Notes: generated by a model not told the origin, from the letters alone. A stretch of 31,938 nucleotides of DNA from a virus (IMGVR_UViG_3300040985_002016:1-31938), one strand, 5' to 3'; positions 9,445-19,753 are shown, counted from the stretch's first letter. Translations and numbers: made by a program.

Positions 9445-9812
9445 AAAAGCACACAGCCGGAGCGGTGAGCGTCCACGCCTCGGAAGGTGTGGAGGCCCTC
9501 GCAGACAGGGTCGCGGAGCGGTCAACCGCAGCGGTCAACGCCGTTGCCAACGCAGCCGCGGAGCGCGCCCTCGCCGCAATCAAGGCCCGGTGGCCTGTCG
9601 ACACAGGGAGGAGCCGAAAAGGGCTCACCCTCCGCGCCAGTTCGGACGGCCTCGTGATTGGAGGGAGGGCCGCATACACCGCGGATGTCAAGGCCCGCGG
9701 AGAGACGGAGTTTGCCTGGGATGCCATCGCGGTGCCGGTCGCGCTGGAACTCGCAGAAGACATCGCGGCCGCGGCCGCGGAAGCGCTCGCCGAGGTGATT
9801 CGTGGCTCTTAA
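9441..9812 (+). CDS. HK97 gp10-like tail completion protein
   Basis: WPVDTGRSRKG and AAYT motifs; GTGA-coupled start. Confidence 0.7.
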   Translation: MKKHTAGAVSVHASEGVEALADRVAERSTAAVNAVANAAAERALAAIKARWPVDTGRSRKGLTLRASSDGLVIGGRAAYTADVKARGETEFAWDAIAVPVALELAEDIAAAAAEALAEVIRGS

Positions 9813-11664
9813 CGAAGAAGTCAAGATCGAGCTTGCGTTTCAGGCGAACCTAGACGCCTACGAAAAGGAGATCCGCAAGCTCCCCGACATGTCGGAAAAG
9901 CAGGTCAAGGCCGCGGTTCGCGCCATGGGCAAGCAGTGGCGTACCGCAGAGCGCGACGCAAAGAAGACGGCGGATGGTGCCAAAGGCGCATGGACCCGGT
10001 CCCTCAAGAGCATCGGGGAGGCAGGAGACCGCATCTCCTCCGAGCTCGGGGGCACGTTCGGCGACATTGGCGGGGCCATGTCGTCGCTCATCGAGGCAGG
10101 ATCCGGCGTAGGGGCAACCCTCGGACCTGTCGGCGCCATCGCTGCGGTGAGCGCCGCGGCACTCGGGGGGCTCACCCTGGCCTCGGGCTTCGCTGCATCA
10201 GCCATGCTGGACTTCGGTAGGAGCGCTGTGGAGGCGTCCGAGCGCCTCGGCCCTGCCTCGGCCCTCTCTGGAGAGATGGCGGAGCGCATGGACCGTCTGG
10301 GGAGCTCTATGGCCTCGACTGATGAGGCCTTGAGCGGGGCATCGGCGACAATCGCCAGCGCGCTTGAGCCCGAGCTCTCTGCGTTGGCGGATACCGTCAC
10401 GGGCCTGGCTCTTGTGACGCGCCTTGCCGCGGAGGGGTTCGCGGCCTTCGAGGAGGCTACTGGCTTCAGCTTGGGAGGCGCGGCGTCAGACGTGCAGAAG
10501 CTCGGAGAACGCTACTCAGACGCGATGGAGGCCGTCCGCGAGATGGAGGCCGAGATCAAGCGCCAGGTTGCCGAAGTGGAAAAGCAGATCAAGGCGACCG
10601 AGGAAGCGGCCCGCGTCAACAAGAACTACACGAAGAGCATCCGCGATCAAGAGAAGGCCCTCGGGGATCAGTTCGTCGTCATGCAGCAAGCCGCAGCGGT
10701 GCAGGCCGCATACACAGAGGGGCAGTTCCTCGGGATGCAGGAGCAGAGCACGCTCCGCCAACAGGTAGAGCTCACTGACATTGCAATGTCGGACTACTCG
10801 GCGAGCATCGACGCTGCTAACTCGGTCGGCATCTCGTACACAGACGGCGTCCGCGCGGCCTCCGGCGCCCTCGATGAGCTGCAGGCCAAGCTGGACCTCG
10901 CGACTACGGTCGTCACATCCCTGGGCGGTTCCTTCGCGACCTTCGCGAGCCTGCGTTCCGACGCCCTTGCGGAGGAGGCCGATACCATCGCCGAGCAGTC
11001 TGCGCGGCGCATCCAGCTCATCCGGAGCGAGACGCGCACGCGACTAGACGGCCTCCTCGAGTCCGGTCAGATCACAGCAGAGCAACACGCCACCGAGATC
11101 AAGAACACGAACGCGGTGCTGCGGGCGAAAGAGAAGGCAGACGGCGCGCTTCTGAAGCAGAAGCGCCAGGCGGCCAAGAAGGCGCACTCCGCAACACAGG
11201 CGGCGCAGATCAGCCTGGCCACCATCGAGGCCGCACGCGCCACGTTGGCGCTGACTCCCTTCTTCTGGTTCTTGGGGCCTGGTGCCCCGGCCGCCGCGGC
11301 AGGAGTCACAGGAGTGGCCTTGACCGCTCAGATCGGCGTGATCAAGTCGCAGCCAGCACCCAGCTTTCCCGGCGGTGGGCTGGTCGGGTCGCGTATGGCC
11401 GAGTCGCCCGACCATGTATCCATCTCTGCCCGCCCTGACGAGGGGATCGTGTCGCCGCAAGGCATGGCGGCCATCGGGGGGGAGGCGGCCTTGTCCGCCA
11501 TCAACAGAGGCGCGCCAAGCGGAGGCGGAGCGCCCGTGCTCATGCTGAACGGGAGGATGGTGTCCGGGCTTCTCTCGCAGTCCGTGCGTGATCCGCGCTT
11601 GGCTGCTACCCTCGAAAGCATGGCGGGGCGTGTGCCTGGCCAGCTGCCCCTTGTTGGAGGATAG
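9802..11664 (+). CDS. tape measure protein
   Basis: 620-aa Ala-rich helical protein with hydrophobic stretches and a C-terminal FPGGGLV...EGIV motif. Confidence 0.85.
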   Translation: MALNEEVKIELAFQANLDAYEKEIRKLPDMSEKQVKAAVRAMGKQWRTAERDAKKTADGAKGAWTRSLKSIGEAGDRISSELGGTFGDIGGAMSSLIEAGSGVGATLGPVGAIAAVSAAALGGLTLASGFAASAMLDFGRSAVEASERLGPASALSGEMAERMDRLGSSMASTDEALSGASATIASALEPELSALADTVTGLALVTRLAAEGFAAFEEATGFSLGGAASDVQKLGERYSDAMEAVREMEAEIKRQVAEVEKQIKATEEAARVNKNYTKSIRDQEKALGDQFVVMQQAAAVQAAYTEGQFLGMQEQSTLRQQVELTDIAMSDYSASIDAANSVGISYTDGVRAASGALDELQAKLDLATTVVTSLGGSFATFASLRSDALAEEADTIAEQSARRIQLIRSETRTRLDGLLESGQITAEQHATEIKNTNAVLRAKEKADGALLKQKRQAAKKAHSATQAAQISLATIEAARATLALTPFFWFLGPGAPAAAAGVTGVALTAQIGVIKSQPAPSFPGGGLVGSRMAESPDHVSISARPDEGIVSPQGMAAIGGEAALSAINRGAPSGGGAPVLMLNGRMVSGLLSQSVRDPRLAATLESMAGRVPGQLPLVGG

Positions 11665-11669
11665 CCCAG

Positions 11670-14600
11670 ATGGGTACCCGTGTTGCTACGACCCTACAGG
11701 GCCTCCTCATCCCCGATGCGCGCATCCGCGACGGGTCCGCGGATCAGGCCGTTGGAGCAGGCGCCACAGACTCCTCTTACACCGAGTCGCAGCTACGGCC
11801 AGGCCTCGCCATCCCGGATGACGCCGAATCGCTCATGACGCCCTATGTGAGCGGAGGCCAGGACACGGCGATCACTGTGCAGGCGTCGCAGGCCGGGAGG
11901 GTGGGCCGCACCGCCGAACTCAAGTGGCGCCCCACATCGGATGTCAACGGGTTCCGGGGGTGGGACCCGCCCAATATGGTTTGGGGACATGACGCGGTGT
12001 ACTGGGACGACGAGGCCCCAAACTTTGCGGCCTGTGTGATCCCAAGCTCGCAGAAAGTGGTCTGCATCGTCTCCAGGACGACAGCGGCCGATACCCTCGC
12101 CTTCGTTTGGGACCCGGCCGCGTGGACGTGGGGCAACGCCATCACGGTGAGTTCCTCTGTCAATGATGTGCAGGCCAGCATCGTTTGCCTGCCCGAGTCG
12201 GAGCGCCTTGTGTGCTTCGTTGGCACCACGGCCTTTTTCAGCACGGATGAGGGGGCCACATGGGCCACTTGGGGGCTGCAGGTCCACGGGGCAGGAGGGT
12301 GGACTGGGCCGGTCCGCGTTGACGCCGTCATGCACGGCGGCTCGATCCTGATGTTCGGGACGACCACCAACGAGGTGTACCAGGCCGCGTCCGCCGACCT
12401 TGGCGCGACGTTCGATGAGGTCGCATCTGTGACGGGCGGCTCTCTCCTCACAGACGCGCGCTCTGCGCTGGCTGTGCATCCGAGCGGCGTGGCACTGTTC
12501 GCCTACATCCGAGGGGCCACCGTCTTCGTCAAGCGGCTTGGAGGGGCCTACGAGTCGATCGCAGACGCGACAGAGATCACCATCGTGTCGGCGTCATCCG
12601 ACCAGATCGCTCTCTGCGTTGACCCTTCTGGGGCAGTCTACGCGCTGATCCATCCAAGCAGCTCGAACGGTATGGGGGTGTTTCGGTCAGACGATGCAGG
12701 GCTCACATGGACCGCGGCCTACAACGACGAAGTGGAAATGCCGCCAGGAGGGGTCCAGCGCCCCGACGACACCAGGGCGGTCTCTGCGGCGGGAGGGGTG
12801 CTCTACCTGGTGGAGCCTGATTCCCAACTGTTCCCCTCGACGATCTATTCGCTCACCTCGATGGTAATGGGGGGGTGGTCGAACTGGGGGGCCTCCATTA
12901 CAGCCAACGACCGCCAGGCGGACCGGTCCGTCTGGGACCATGTCTGGTACCCCGCGGCGCTCCCGAGCTCCTACGGCTCCACGCCAGAGTGGGCCTCAAC
13001 GGGCACGGGCACCCCTTCGTTTGCTGCGGGATATCTGAACCTGTCCACAAGCTCTGACGCGCTCTACTACACCCGCGCGGACTCTGCGTCTTCAAGCATC
13101 TTCGCCCGGGAGGCGATGATTCAGGGGACCGTGCCAGCGAGCAACGGGTCGCTCACAGCTGACGAGATCGTGATCGAGACCGTGTGTTCTTCTGGCTCCG
13201 CGGAGAGAGGCCTGAAGGTGCGGTTCACTGACACGCAGTTCCGCGCCTTTGACACGGTGTCAGGGACTGCCTTCGCAGCGGCCACAGCGCTCGACATGAC
13301 CACCCCCCGCCAGTTCCGCCTACGCATCAATGGGACCACGGGAAGCGTCTTCTACCGAGCCCCTGGGGCAGACGAGTGGACCGCTGGCCCTACAGCCACG
13401 CTCACCGACGAGGTTGGCTCCCCCGCTGCGGAGGGTTCGACAACATTTGGCACGGTGTCGAGCTCTTCGAGCGAGAGCAATTGGGACCTTGTCTGCTGCA
13501 GCGACCCGGGCTCCCTCATCCCGGACGACGCGCAGGACGCGGATACGCCGGGCAAGCCAGTGACGGCGTGGGCCTCTCCGGTGCCGAACGTGGGGCCTGC
13601 GGATGCGTGGGGCTCGGTCGGAGCCGTCCGAGGGGTGTCAAGGTACGGGGAGACCTGGGACATTGACCCGATCGCGGACTACCCCATCGAGGCCGTGCAC
13701 CCGATGCACACCCCGAGCCCTCGGCAAGGGTTCCGGGCGCTGGACACCTCGGAGGTTGTGCTCGCGCTCGACCTGGCCAACGACACGTACGATTACGATG
13801 CGTACTTGGGCCGTGTGGTCGCGCTGTACATCGGGCGCGCCAACATGCGCCAGATCGTCCTAGAGTACTCGACGGACGCGGCCACCTGGTCGACCGCGGG
13901 CACGCTGGACCTTGGAGAGGCCTTCGGGTCCGTGGGGGGCGACCTCGACGGGGAGGCCCTGACCGTGCGCTCTACAGGCACGGACGGAGAGGACTACATC
14001 GAGCTTGGGTCCCTCGTGGATGGCTTCGTCGAGCTGGCGAACAGCAAGACGCGCCGCATCGCATGGAACAGCCAAGGGGCATGGAACACCAGTGCCACGA
14101 CGATCAAGCCCGTCCTGCGCCTCTCTGGCATCGATGAGACGGAGACCCAGGGAGGGCAGACGGTCACGATCGTGCGACACTCCGGGGTGCTTGTTGTCCA
14201 CGGACTCGAGGACACCAGGGCCCAACACTGGCGCGTACGGATCCCGGCCTCGCAACCGTGTCCTGATGCTGGGTACCGCGTCGGCACGATGGCGCTCGGG
14301 TGCGTCCGGGTCTTTGGCCAGCAAGACTCCTGGGGGTGGACCCGCTCCACGGTGGGCCGCTACGACCAGACCGAGGACTCACGGGGCAGCCTGTCACGGA
14401 GGGAGGCCGGACCCGCTCGTGACCAGTGGTCGCGCTCGTGGGACCCGACCAACCGGGCCAACGTGCTCAACGGCGACGATCCGGACTACGTGTCAGCCGC
14501 GGTCAACGAGGAGCCCCTTGCGGCCGATGGGGAAGTGTGGTCCATTCTCCGTGGGCTCGTGCGCGAGCATTCTGCGTCGATGGCGTCGCCGGTGGTAGCG

Positions 14601-14762
14601 CTGCGGGTTGTGCCGACGACCACAAGCAGCATCACGGACCCGGGCGCCTTCCTCTACGGCTACATCGACGGAACCATCCAGGTCGACCACATCACGGGAG
14701 ATGTGGATGGCGTGGATGAGATCGTGAGGCCAGGCCGACTCACCATCACGGAGATCGTGTAG
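11670..14762 (+). CDS. large tail protein with Asp-box (BNR) propeller; possible decorated distal-tail protein
   Basis: STDEGATW, SADLGATF, SDDAGLTW and STDAATW motifs; follows the tape measure gene. Confidence 0.7.
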   Translation: MGTRVATTLQGLLIPDARIRDGSADQAVGAGATDSSYTESQLRPGLAIPDDAESLMTPYVSGGQDTAITVQASQAGRVGRTAELKWRPTSDVNGFRGWDPPNMVWGHDAVYWDDEAPNFAACVIPSSQKVVCIVSRTTAADTLAFVWDPAAWTWGNAITVSSSVNDVQASIVCLPESERLVCFVGTTAFFSTDEGATWATWGLQVHGAGGWTGPVRVDAVMHGGSILMFGTTTNEVYQAASADLGATFDEVASVTGGSLLTDARSALAVHPSGVALFAYIRGATVFVKRLGGAYESIADATEITIVSASSDQIALCVDPSGAVYALIHPSSSNGMGVFRSDDAGLTWTAAYNDEVEMPPGGVQRPDDTRAVSAAGGVLYLVEPDSQLFPSTIYSLTSMVMGGWSNWGASITANDRQADRSVWDHVWYPAALPSSYGSTPEWASTGTGTPSFAAGYLNLSTSSDALYYTRADSASSSIFAREAMIQGTVPASNGSLTADEIVIETVCSSGSAERGLKVRFTDTQFRAFDTVSGTAFAAATALDMTTPRQFRLRINGTTGSVFYRAPGADEWTAGPTATLTDEVGSPAAEGSTTFGTVSSSSSESNWDLVCCSDPGSLIPDDAQDADTPGKPVTAWASPVPNVGPADAWGSVGAVRGVSRYGETWDIDPIADYPIEAVHPMHTPSPRQGFRALDTSEVVLALDLANDTYDYDAYLGRVVALYIGRANMRQIVLEYSTDAATWSTAGTLDLGEAFGSVGGDLDGEALTVRSTGTDGEDYIELGSLVDGFVELANSKTRRIAWNSQGAWNTSATTIKPVLRLSGIDETETQGGQTVTIVRHSGVLVVHGLEDTRAQHWRVRIPASQPCPDAGYRVGTMALGCVRVFGQQDSWGWTRSTVGRYDQTEDSRGSLSRREAGPARDQWSRSWDPTNRANVLNGDDPDYVSAAVNEEPLAADGEVWSILRGLVREHSASMASPVVALRVVPTTTSSITDPGAFLYGYIDGTIQVDHITGDVDGVDEIVRPGRLTITEIV

Positions 14763-16390
14763 TGGCCCACAGCTACCAGGCTCCGGAGGACCGGTGCTGG
14801 CTTCTGCACGTGCACATCAACGGGCAGATCTACCGGTTCTCGTCCATCCCGATCGAGCCAGTGACCACGCGCCTCGGCGCCGTACCCTACACGCCCACCC
14901 TGCAGGGGCTCGAGCTCGGAGCGGCGGACGCGGGAGAGGCCGCGGTCTCTGTGTCGTTCCAGGACGGGTCCGTGTTCGCTCAAGCGGTGAGGAGAGGGGC
15001 CACGGTCGAGGGCGCGCCTGCGGTGCTCTACAGGTACCGCATTGGGGACGAACTCGAGGAGTCCCGCGTCTGGACCCGGGGCTACCTCCGCAGCGTGGCC
15101 TATGGGGCCACGGGAGAAGCGGCCGCGGCCTCGCTCGACCCCTCCCCTCGGGAGTCGGATGTGATGATCCGGGCTCAGGCGGTCGTCACATCCAAGACAT
15201 GGCCAACGACAGGCAGCCTCCCTCCGGAGGGCATCGGCGCAGCCTATCCTCTGGTGTTTGGCTACCCGGGGCACTCGCCCCTGTCTGCGGTGCCGATCGG
15301 CACGGTGCCAGCGCCCTGCGTCGAGGACTACCCGACCAGCAACAGGACGCTCGTGGTGAGCGACGGGCGGATTGATGCGGGCACGGTCTCGATCACCAAC
15401 GAGACGACAGGAGCCACACAGACGGCATCCGTCGTGACCAGTGCCAAGGACGACCTGCTCAGCGCCAAGGTCTCCACGGCCGTTGTGTCGTCCGGCGGCG
15501 CCGCGCATGGTGCGACCGGGGACAAGTACCTGATCGGGTTCCAGGACGATGCGACCTACGGAGGGGGCATCGTCTCCGAGTACACCGGAGAGGTGCTCGC
15601 CGGTGCTGGGGACGTGTGCCTGTGGCTCCTGCGCCGCGCGAAGGGCCGTGTGGCCATCGACTTCGGCGCCTTCGAGGCGCACCGCCAGCAGCTCAACGCC
15701 TACCGGGTCGACACCTGGGTCAATGACCCGTCAGAGCGTGCGTGGGACTGGATTCTGAAGGCCCTGGTCCCCTGGATGTCCGTGCGGGTCGAGGTGGGTC
15801 CCAAGGGGCTGTTCCTCCGTCCCTGGCGATGGGATGCCGTCAGCACGGACGCCGTGGCGCATCTCTCCGTGGACCGAGGGGACGTGGCGAGGGAAACCCT
15901 CGTGCAGCTCGTCCACCCCGAACCCGCGAACGAGATCACCGTCCGCTTCAATCACCGCGGCGGCAAGTACAACGACCACAGGACCCTGAGCAGCGAATAC
16001 AGCCGCCTCGGCAAATACGCGGTCACGGCGCTGGACTCCCGGATCTACCCCCACCCGATGTGCGCCGCTTCACAGGCCGCGCTGAGTGTCAACGGAGACA
16101 GCGGGATCCGACCCCTGACCATCGAGCTCAAGCACTCGTTCCATGCGAGCACCGCGCTCAAGGTCGCAGAAGAGCACGTATGGGCCCGGGCGATGCCCCA
16201 CCAGATGGCGGAGTACACCGGGAGCCCTGGGCTTGAGCGTATAAGAGTGGGCGATGTCGTCGTGCTCGAGGACACCGAGGTAGGGCTACATGACCGGGTG
16301 GCTCTGATTGACCAGGTGACTGTGGGCGCTGCTCGCCCTCGCCTCCGCCTGGTGCTACCCTCTACACTGATCCGGACCGCTACCACATGA
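14762..16390 (+). CDS. tail tip/hub protein
   Basis: 542 aa; NEITVRF and C-terminal IRVGDVVVL typical of hub proteins. Confidence 0.65.
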   Translation: MAHSYQAPEDRCWLLHVHINGQIYRFSSIPIEPVTTRLGAVPYTPTLQGLELGAADAGEAAVSVSFQDGSVFAQAVRRGATVEGAPAVLYRYRIGDELEESRVWTRGYLRSVAYGATGEAAAASLDPSPRESDVMIRAQAVVTSKTWPTTGSLPPEGIGAAYPLVFGYPGHSPLSAVPIGTVPAPCVEDYPTSNRTLVVSDGRIDAGTVSITNETTGATQTASVVTSAKDDLLSAKVSTAVVSSGGAAHGATGDKYLIGFQDDATYGGGIVSEYTGEVLAGAGDVCLWLLRRAKGRVAIDFGAFEAHRQQLNAYRVDTWVNDPSERAWDWILKALVPWMSVRVEVGPKGLFLRPWRWDAVSTDAVAHLSVDRGDVARETLVQLVHPEPANEITVRFNHRGGKYNDHRTLSSEYSRLGKYAVTALDSRIYPHPMCAASQAALSVNGDSGIRPLTIELKHSFHASTALKVAEEHVWARAMPHQMAEYTGSPGLERIRVGDVVVLEDTEVGLHDRVALIDQVTVGAARPRLRLVLPSTLIRTATT

Positions 16391-16830
16391 GGCGCCACAT
16401 GCGAACCCTGCAGCTCCTTGGCGCCCTCTTGGCGCTCTCCTTCGCCGCTCCTGCTTTCGCGGGCGCTGGGTACATCACAGGCTCCGGCTCGACCACATCG
16501 AGCCCAAGCACAATCACCATCGAGGTCGGCGCCGACACTCGTGCGAAGGCCCTCCCTGATGAGGCAACGCTTGGAGATCTGCAGCTCAAGTTCAGCGGAG
16601 ACCCCGGCGCCATCTCGCTGGTTCTCTCCCGCGACGCGGCAGGGGCCGAGCAGATCACGCAGGTTGTTGCACCTACCGCTGACCTCTTCAACTCGCTCTA
16701 CGGCTACGTGTGCGGGATCCGGATGGCCCATGTGCTCACCGCGGCCAGCGACGCCAAGGGCGAGCTCTACCTCCAGATCACGACTGCCAATGCGGTCACA
16801 ACGACCGCCACGCTCACCTGGGAGCGATGA
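16387..16830 (+). CDS. exported beta-rich protein (signal peptide)
   Basis: MRTLQLLGALLALSFAAPAFA-G signal-like N-terminus; alternative start at 16399. Confidence 0.65.
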   Translation: MRRHMRTLQLLGALLALSFAAPAFAGAGYITGSGSTTSSPSTITIEVGADTRAKALPDEATLGDLQLKFSGDPGAISLVLSRDAAGAEQITQVVAPTADLFNSLYGYVCGIRMAHVLTAASDAKGELYLQITTANAVTTTATLTWER

Positions 16831-17621
16831 TGCGGTTACGACTGGTCCACGCTCTCCTGCTGCTCTCCGCCTGTCTGGCGCCCGCAACGGCGCAGGACGT
16901 GCTGGTCCCTGGAGACATGATCTATGGGGAGACAGCAGCAGGCATCGCCGACATCGAGGGCCTAGCGGTCACGGATGGCAACGTCATCGTGGGCGATGGG
17001 TCCAACTGGGTCGCTGAGTCCGGCGCCACGGCGCGCACGTCGCTCGGGGTAGCCATCGGGACCGATGTGCAGGCCTACGATGCGGTACTGACTACCCTGG
17101 CGGGCCTCACCCCGACGGACGGGAACGTCATCACCGGCGATGGCGCCGCCTGGACCTCCGAGGCCGCTGCTGCTGGGGGAGGCCCTACCCGGGTCTCTGT
17201 ATCGTCTCAGCAGACGACCACGAACAACAGCGGCGCAGGAGGGGCAGACTCGACCCTAAAGTTCACGCCGCCGGCGGCTGCGACATACTACAAGGTCCAG
17301 GTGTACATGGTGACGGACTCTGACTCGACGCTCATAGGCGTTCATTGGCGATGGGAGGGGTTCGGGGGTAGCGAGTTCATCACCGCCTATGAGCACTCCT
17401 ATTCGCATGCGTCCGAGCCGCGCCAGCGGGTAGACGAAGCGTGGAACACCTGGATCACCGAGTGGAACCACCTGGTTGGCCGGCAGGTAATCCGGATGGA
17501 CATCGTGATCAAGAGCCACGCAACCACGCCTACGGAGATGAACATCCAATTCGCCTCTGAAGACGGCTCGACGCAGGTCTCCGTCGAGCCAGGGTCCTAC
17601 CTCGAATACGAGGCGATCTGA
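16827..17621 (+). CDS. tail-fibre-like protein with signal-peptide-like N-terminus
   Basis: ATGA-coupled; two TDGNVIxGDG..W repeats and ARTSLGVAIGTDVQAYD fibre-shaft-like sequence. Confidence 0.65.
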   Translation: MMRLRLVHALLLLSACLAPATAQDVLVPGDMIYGETAAGIADIEGLAVTDGNVIVGDGSNWVAESGATARTSLGVAIGTDVQAYDAVLTTLAGLTPTDGNVITGDGAAWTSEAAAAGGGPTRVSVSSQQTTTNNSGAGGADSTLKFTPPAAATYYKVQVYMVTDSDSTLIGVHWRWEGFGGSEFITAYEHSYSHASEPRQRVDEAWNTWITEWNHLVGRQVIRMDIVIKSHATTPTEMNIQFASEDGSTQVSVEPGSYLEYEAI

Positions 17622-17623
17622 CG

Positions 17624-17839
17624 GTGAGCGGCCCCGCACGCATCGCCGCGGCCTATGTGGGCGCCCAGGTCCTGACAGGCGTGGAGGTAGGGCTTGGCGC
17701 CGCGTACCTCGTCCTGGCTTGCGGGATCCCTCTCCCAACGGCGTTGGCTGCTGTTGCTCCGATCGGGCTGCCCCTTGTGGCGGTACAGGTGGTTGCCATC
17801 GGCGCTCTGCTAGGAAGGGGGCCGGCGGCGGAGGACTGA
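17624..17839 (+). CDS. small membrane protein
   Basis: 71 aa, almost entirely hydrophobic. Confidence 0.5.
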   Translation: MSGPARIAAAYVGAQVLTGVEVGLGAAYLVLACGIPLPTALAAVAPIGLPLVAVQVVAIGALLGRGPAAED

Positions 17840-17852
17840 ACCAGGAGGCCCC

Positions 17853-19289
17853 ATGGCGAAACGAACCGCGCTGATCGCAGCAGAGTACAGAGAGCGGATC
17901 GAGTACGTGGCGTCGCGGGCGCCCATCGGGGCTCGCACCCTCGTGGACTTGCTCCTGGTCTGGGGGCATCCGAAGATAGCGAAAGGCACCGCAAGGGCGG
18001 TCCTCGAAGAGCTCGGCCTCTCCTGGGCTAGGTCTGCGCGCTACGCTGCAAGGGCCGAGGCCCTACCGTTGGCCAGAGAGGCCCAGGAGCTCCACGAGGG
18101 GCGGCCTGCCTCTCCTATGGTGAGCGCCTCTCCTGACGCCGATGGAGGGCTCACCTACGACTCTCACGGCACGGATGTACGGACCCTCGAGCAGCTGGTC
18201 GAGGTGTGTGAGATCGATCTCGATGCCTTCCTGATCACGAGCGTCGAGTACAACAAATGGGCCGTAGGGGCTACGGGCCCGGACGGGAGGCTTGTCACAA
18301 CGCCCCTGTTCCAGGTCAAGGCAAAGACCATGCCGAGGCCCATGGCGCGCCTGGAGCGCGCGCCTCCGCGCTTCCTGCCCCCTCCAGAGGCCTCGCCAGA
18401 GCCCGCGGCGGTGCCTTGCATGCTGCTCATCCCGGACACGCAGTGTGGGTATGTCTGGAACGACAACCACACTGTTCTGACCCCTCTGCATGACCGCAGG
18501 GCAATGGATGTGTACCTGCAGGTCGCGGACCTGCTCCAGCCGGAGCGCATCGTGCTCCTGGGCGACATGTTGGACCTCGCGGCCTGGAGCATGAGCTACA
18601 CCGCGGGCCCAGGAGCGCTGGAGACTACACAGCCAGCGATCAACGTCCTGCACTGGTTCCTTTCCGAGCTCCGCCGCCTGTGCCCTCATGCGCGCATCGA
18701 CATCATCCCGGGCAACCACGAGCACCGGATCGTGAGGAGGACGCGCAAGCACATGGCCGAGGCCTCCCGGCTCACGCAGGCGTGCGGAGGGAGGCCGGTC
18801 CTATCGTTCGAGCACCTGCTCCGCCTTGACGAGCTTGGCGTGACCTGCGCAGCCCCGTACGGGGAGCCTGGCGCGGACTTGTGGATATGGGGCGACCTCT
18901 ACAGCCACGGCTACAAGGTGAGGCCAGGAGGGGGAGCGACCGCAGCGGCCACGCTCAAGGCGTCCACCCGGTCGAGCGCCTACGGCCACGTGCACAAGGT
19001 AGAGGTCGCATGGCGCACCCTGCACGAAGAGGAGGGGACACGCTCCATCTGGGCAATGAGCCCCGGCATGGGATGCCTGCCCGACGGCACGGTGCCAGGA
19101 GTCACCCACAGGCCGGACTGGCTCCAGGGGTTCGCAACGGTCGAGCTCGATCCTACCTCGGGTAAGACGTACCCCACGCCCTACCCGATCCTTGACGGCG
19201 TGGCGGTCCTGCGCGGTCGCCGCATCGAGGGCAGGGACCGCGCAGAGGAGATCGCCGCAGCTATCGGCTACCCACAGGTCGCAGGGTAG
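17853..19289 (+). CDS. calcineurin-like metallophosphoesterase with N-terminal extension
   Basis: PDTQ, GDMLD, GNHE, SHG and GHVH motifs; AGGAGG RBS. Confidence 0.85.
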   Translation: MAKRTALIAAEYRERIEYVASRAPIGARTLVDLLLVWGHPKIAKGTARAVLEELGLSWARSARYAARAEALPLAREAQELHEGRPASPMVSASPDADGGLTYDSHGTDVRTLEQLVEVCEIDLDAFLITSVEYNKWAVGATGPDGRLVTTPLFQVKAKTMPRPMARLERAPPRFLPPPEASPEPAAVPCMLLIPDTQCGYVWNDNHTVLTPLHDRRAMDVYLQVADLLQPERIVLLGDMLDLAAWSMSYTAGPGALETTQPAINVLHWFLSELRRLCPHARIDIIPGNHEHRIVRRTRKHMAEASRLTQACGGRPVLSFEHLLRLDELGVTCAAPYGEPGADLWIWGDLYSHGYKVRPGGGATAAATLKASTRSSAYGHVHKVEVAWRTLHEEEGTRSIWAMSPGMGCLPDGTVPGVTHRPDWLQGFATVELDPTSGKTYPTPYPILDGVAVLRGRRIEGRDRAEEIAAAIGYPQVAG

Positions 19290-19292
19290 GAC

Positions 19293-19700
19293 TCATGGGC
19301 CCAGCCCTGCCCCTCGGCGGAGGAGACCGGAGAGAGTGATCCCCTCGTCCTCTGCACGCCGGTGCATCTCTGCGCGCTCCTCGGCGCTCACCCTCAGAGT
19401 GAGGGTGAGCGTGCGCGCGGTCCCCTCTGGGTACCTCGGGCGTCCTGGTGGCTTCTTGTCGCGTTTCCCTTCCATGTCAGGTCCCTGGGAATGAGAGGAG
19501 CCCGGCAAGCCAGGCCCAGGAGGAGGGCTCGGGGTCATACGATCCCCTTCGCGCTGGCGCTCCAGGCGGTGCGCAAGGGCCGCGTCCAGCGCGGTGGCCT
19601 CGGTGTCCATGGAGCGCCATGGGCGGGGGTTCGGGTTGGCTGCGGCCCATGCTTTGAGGATGGACGCGCGGAGGGCTGCGGGCTCTTGGGTGGTCGTCAT
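19293..19700 (-). CDS. ribbon-helix-helix regulator with AT-hook-like PGRPR motif
   Basis: LTLRVSAEERAEMHRRAEDEGITLSGLLRR; has its own promoter. Confidence 0.65.
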   Translation of the reverse strand: MTTTQEPAALRASILKAWAAANPNPRPWRSMDTEATALDAALAHRLERQREGDRMTPSPPPGPGLPGSSHSQGPDMEGKRDKKPPGRPRYPEGTARTLTLTLRVSAEERAEMHRRAEDEGITLSGLLRRGAGLGP

Positions 19701-19724
19701 GGTCGTTTCCCTTGGTGCCCCTCT

Positions 19725-19753
19725 ATTATAGGTGTTGCGCTATCGGGTGTCTA
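19725..19753 (-). promoter_or_regulatory. sigma70-type promoter
   Basis: TAGACA-17 nt-TATAAT on the minus strand in a locally AT-richer gap; GTGTTGC/GCAACAC inverted repeat at 19732-19769. Confidence 0.75.
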
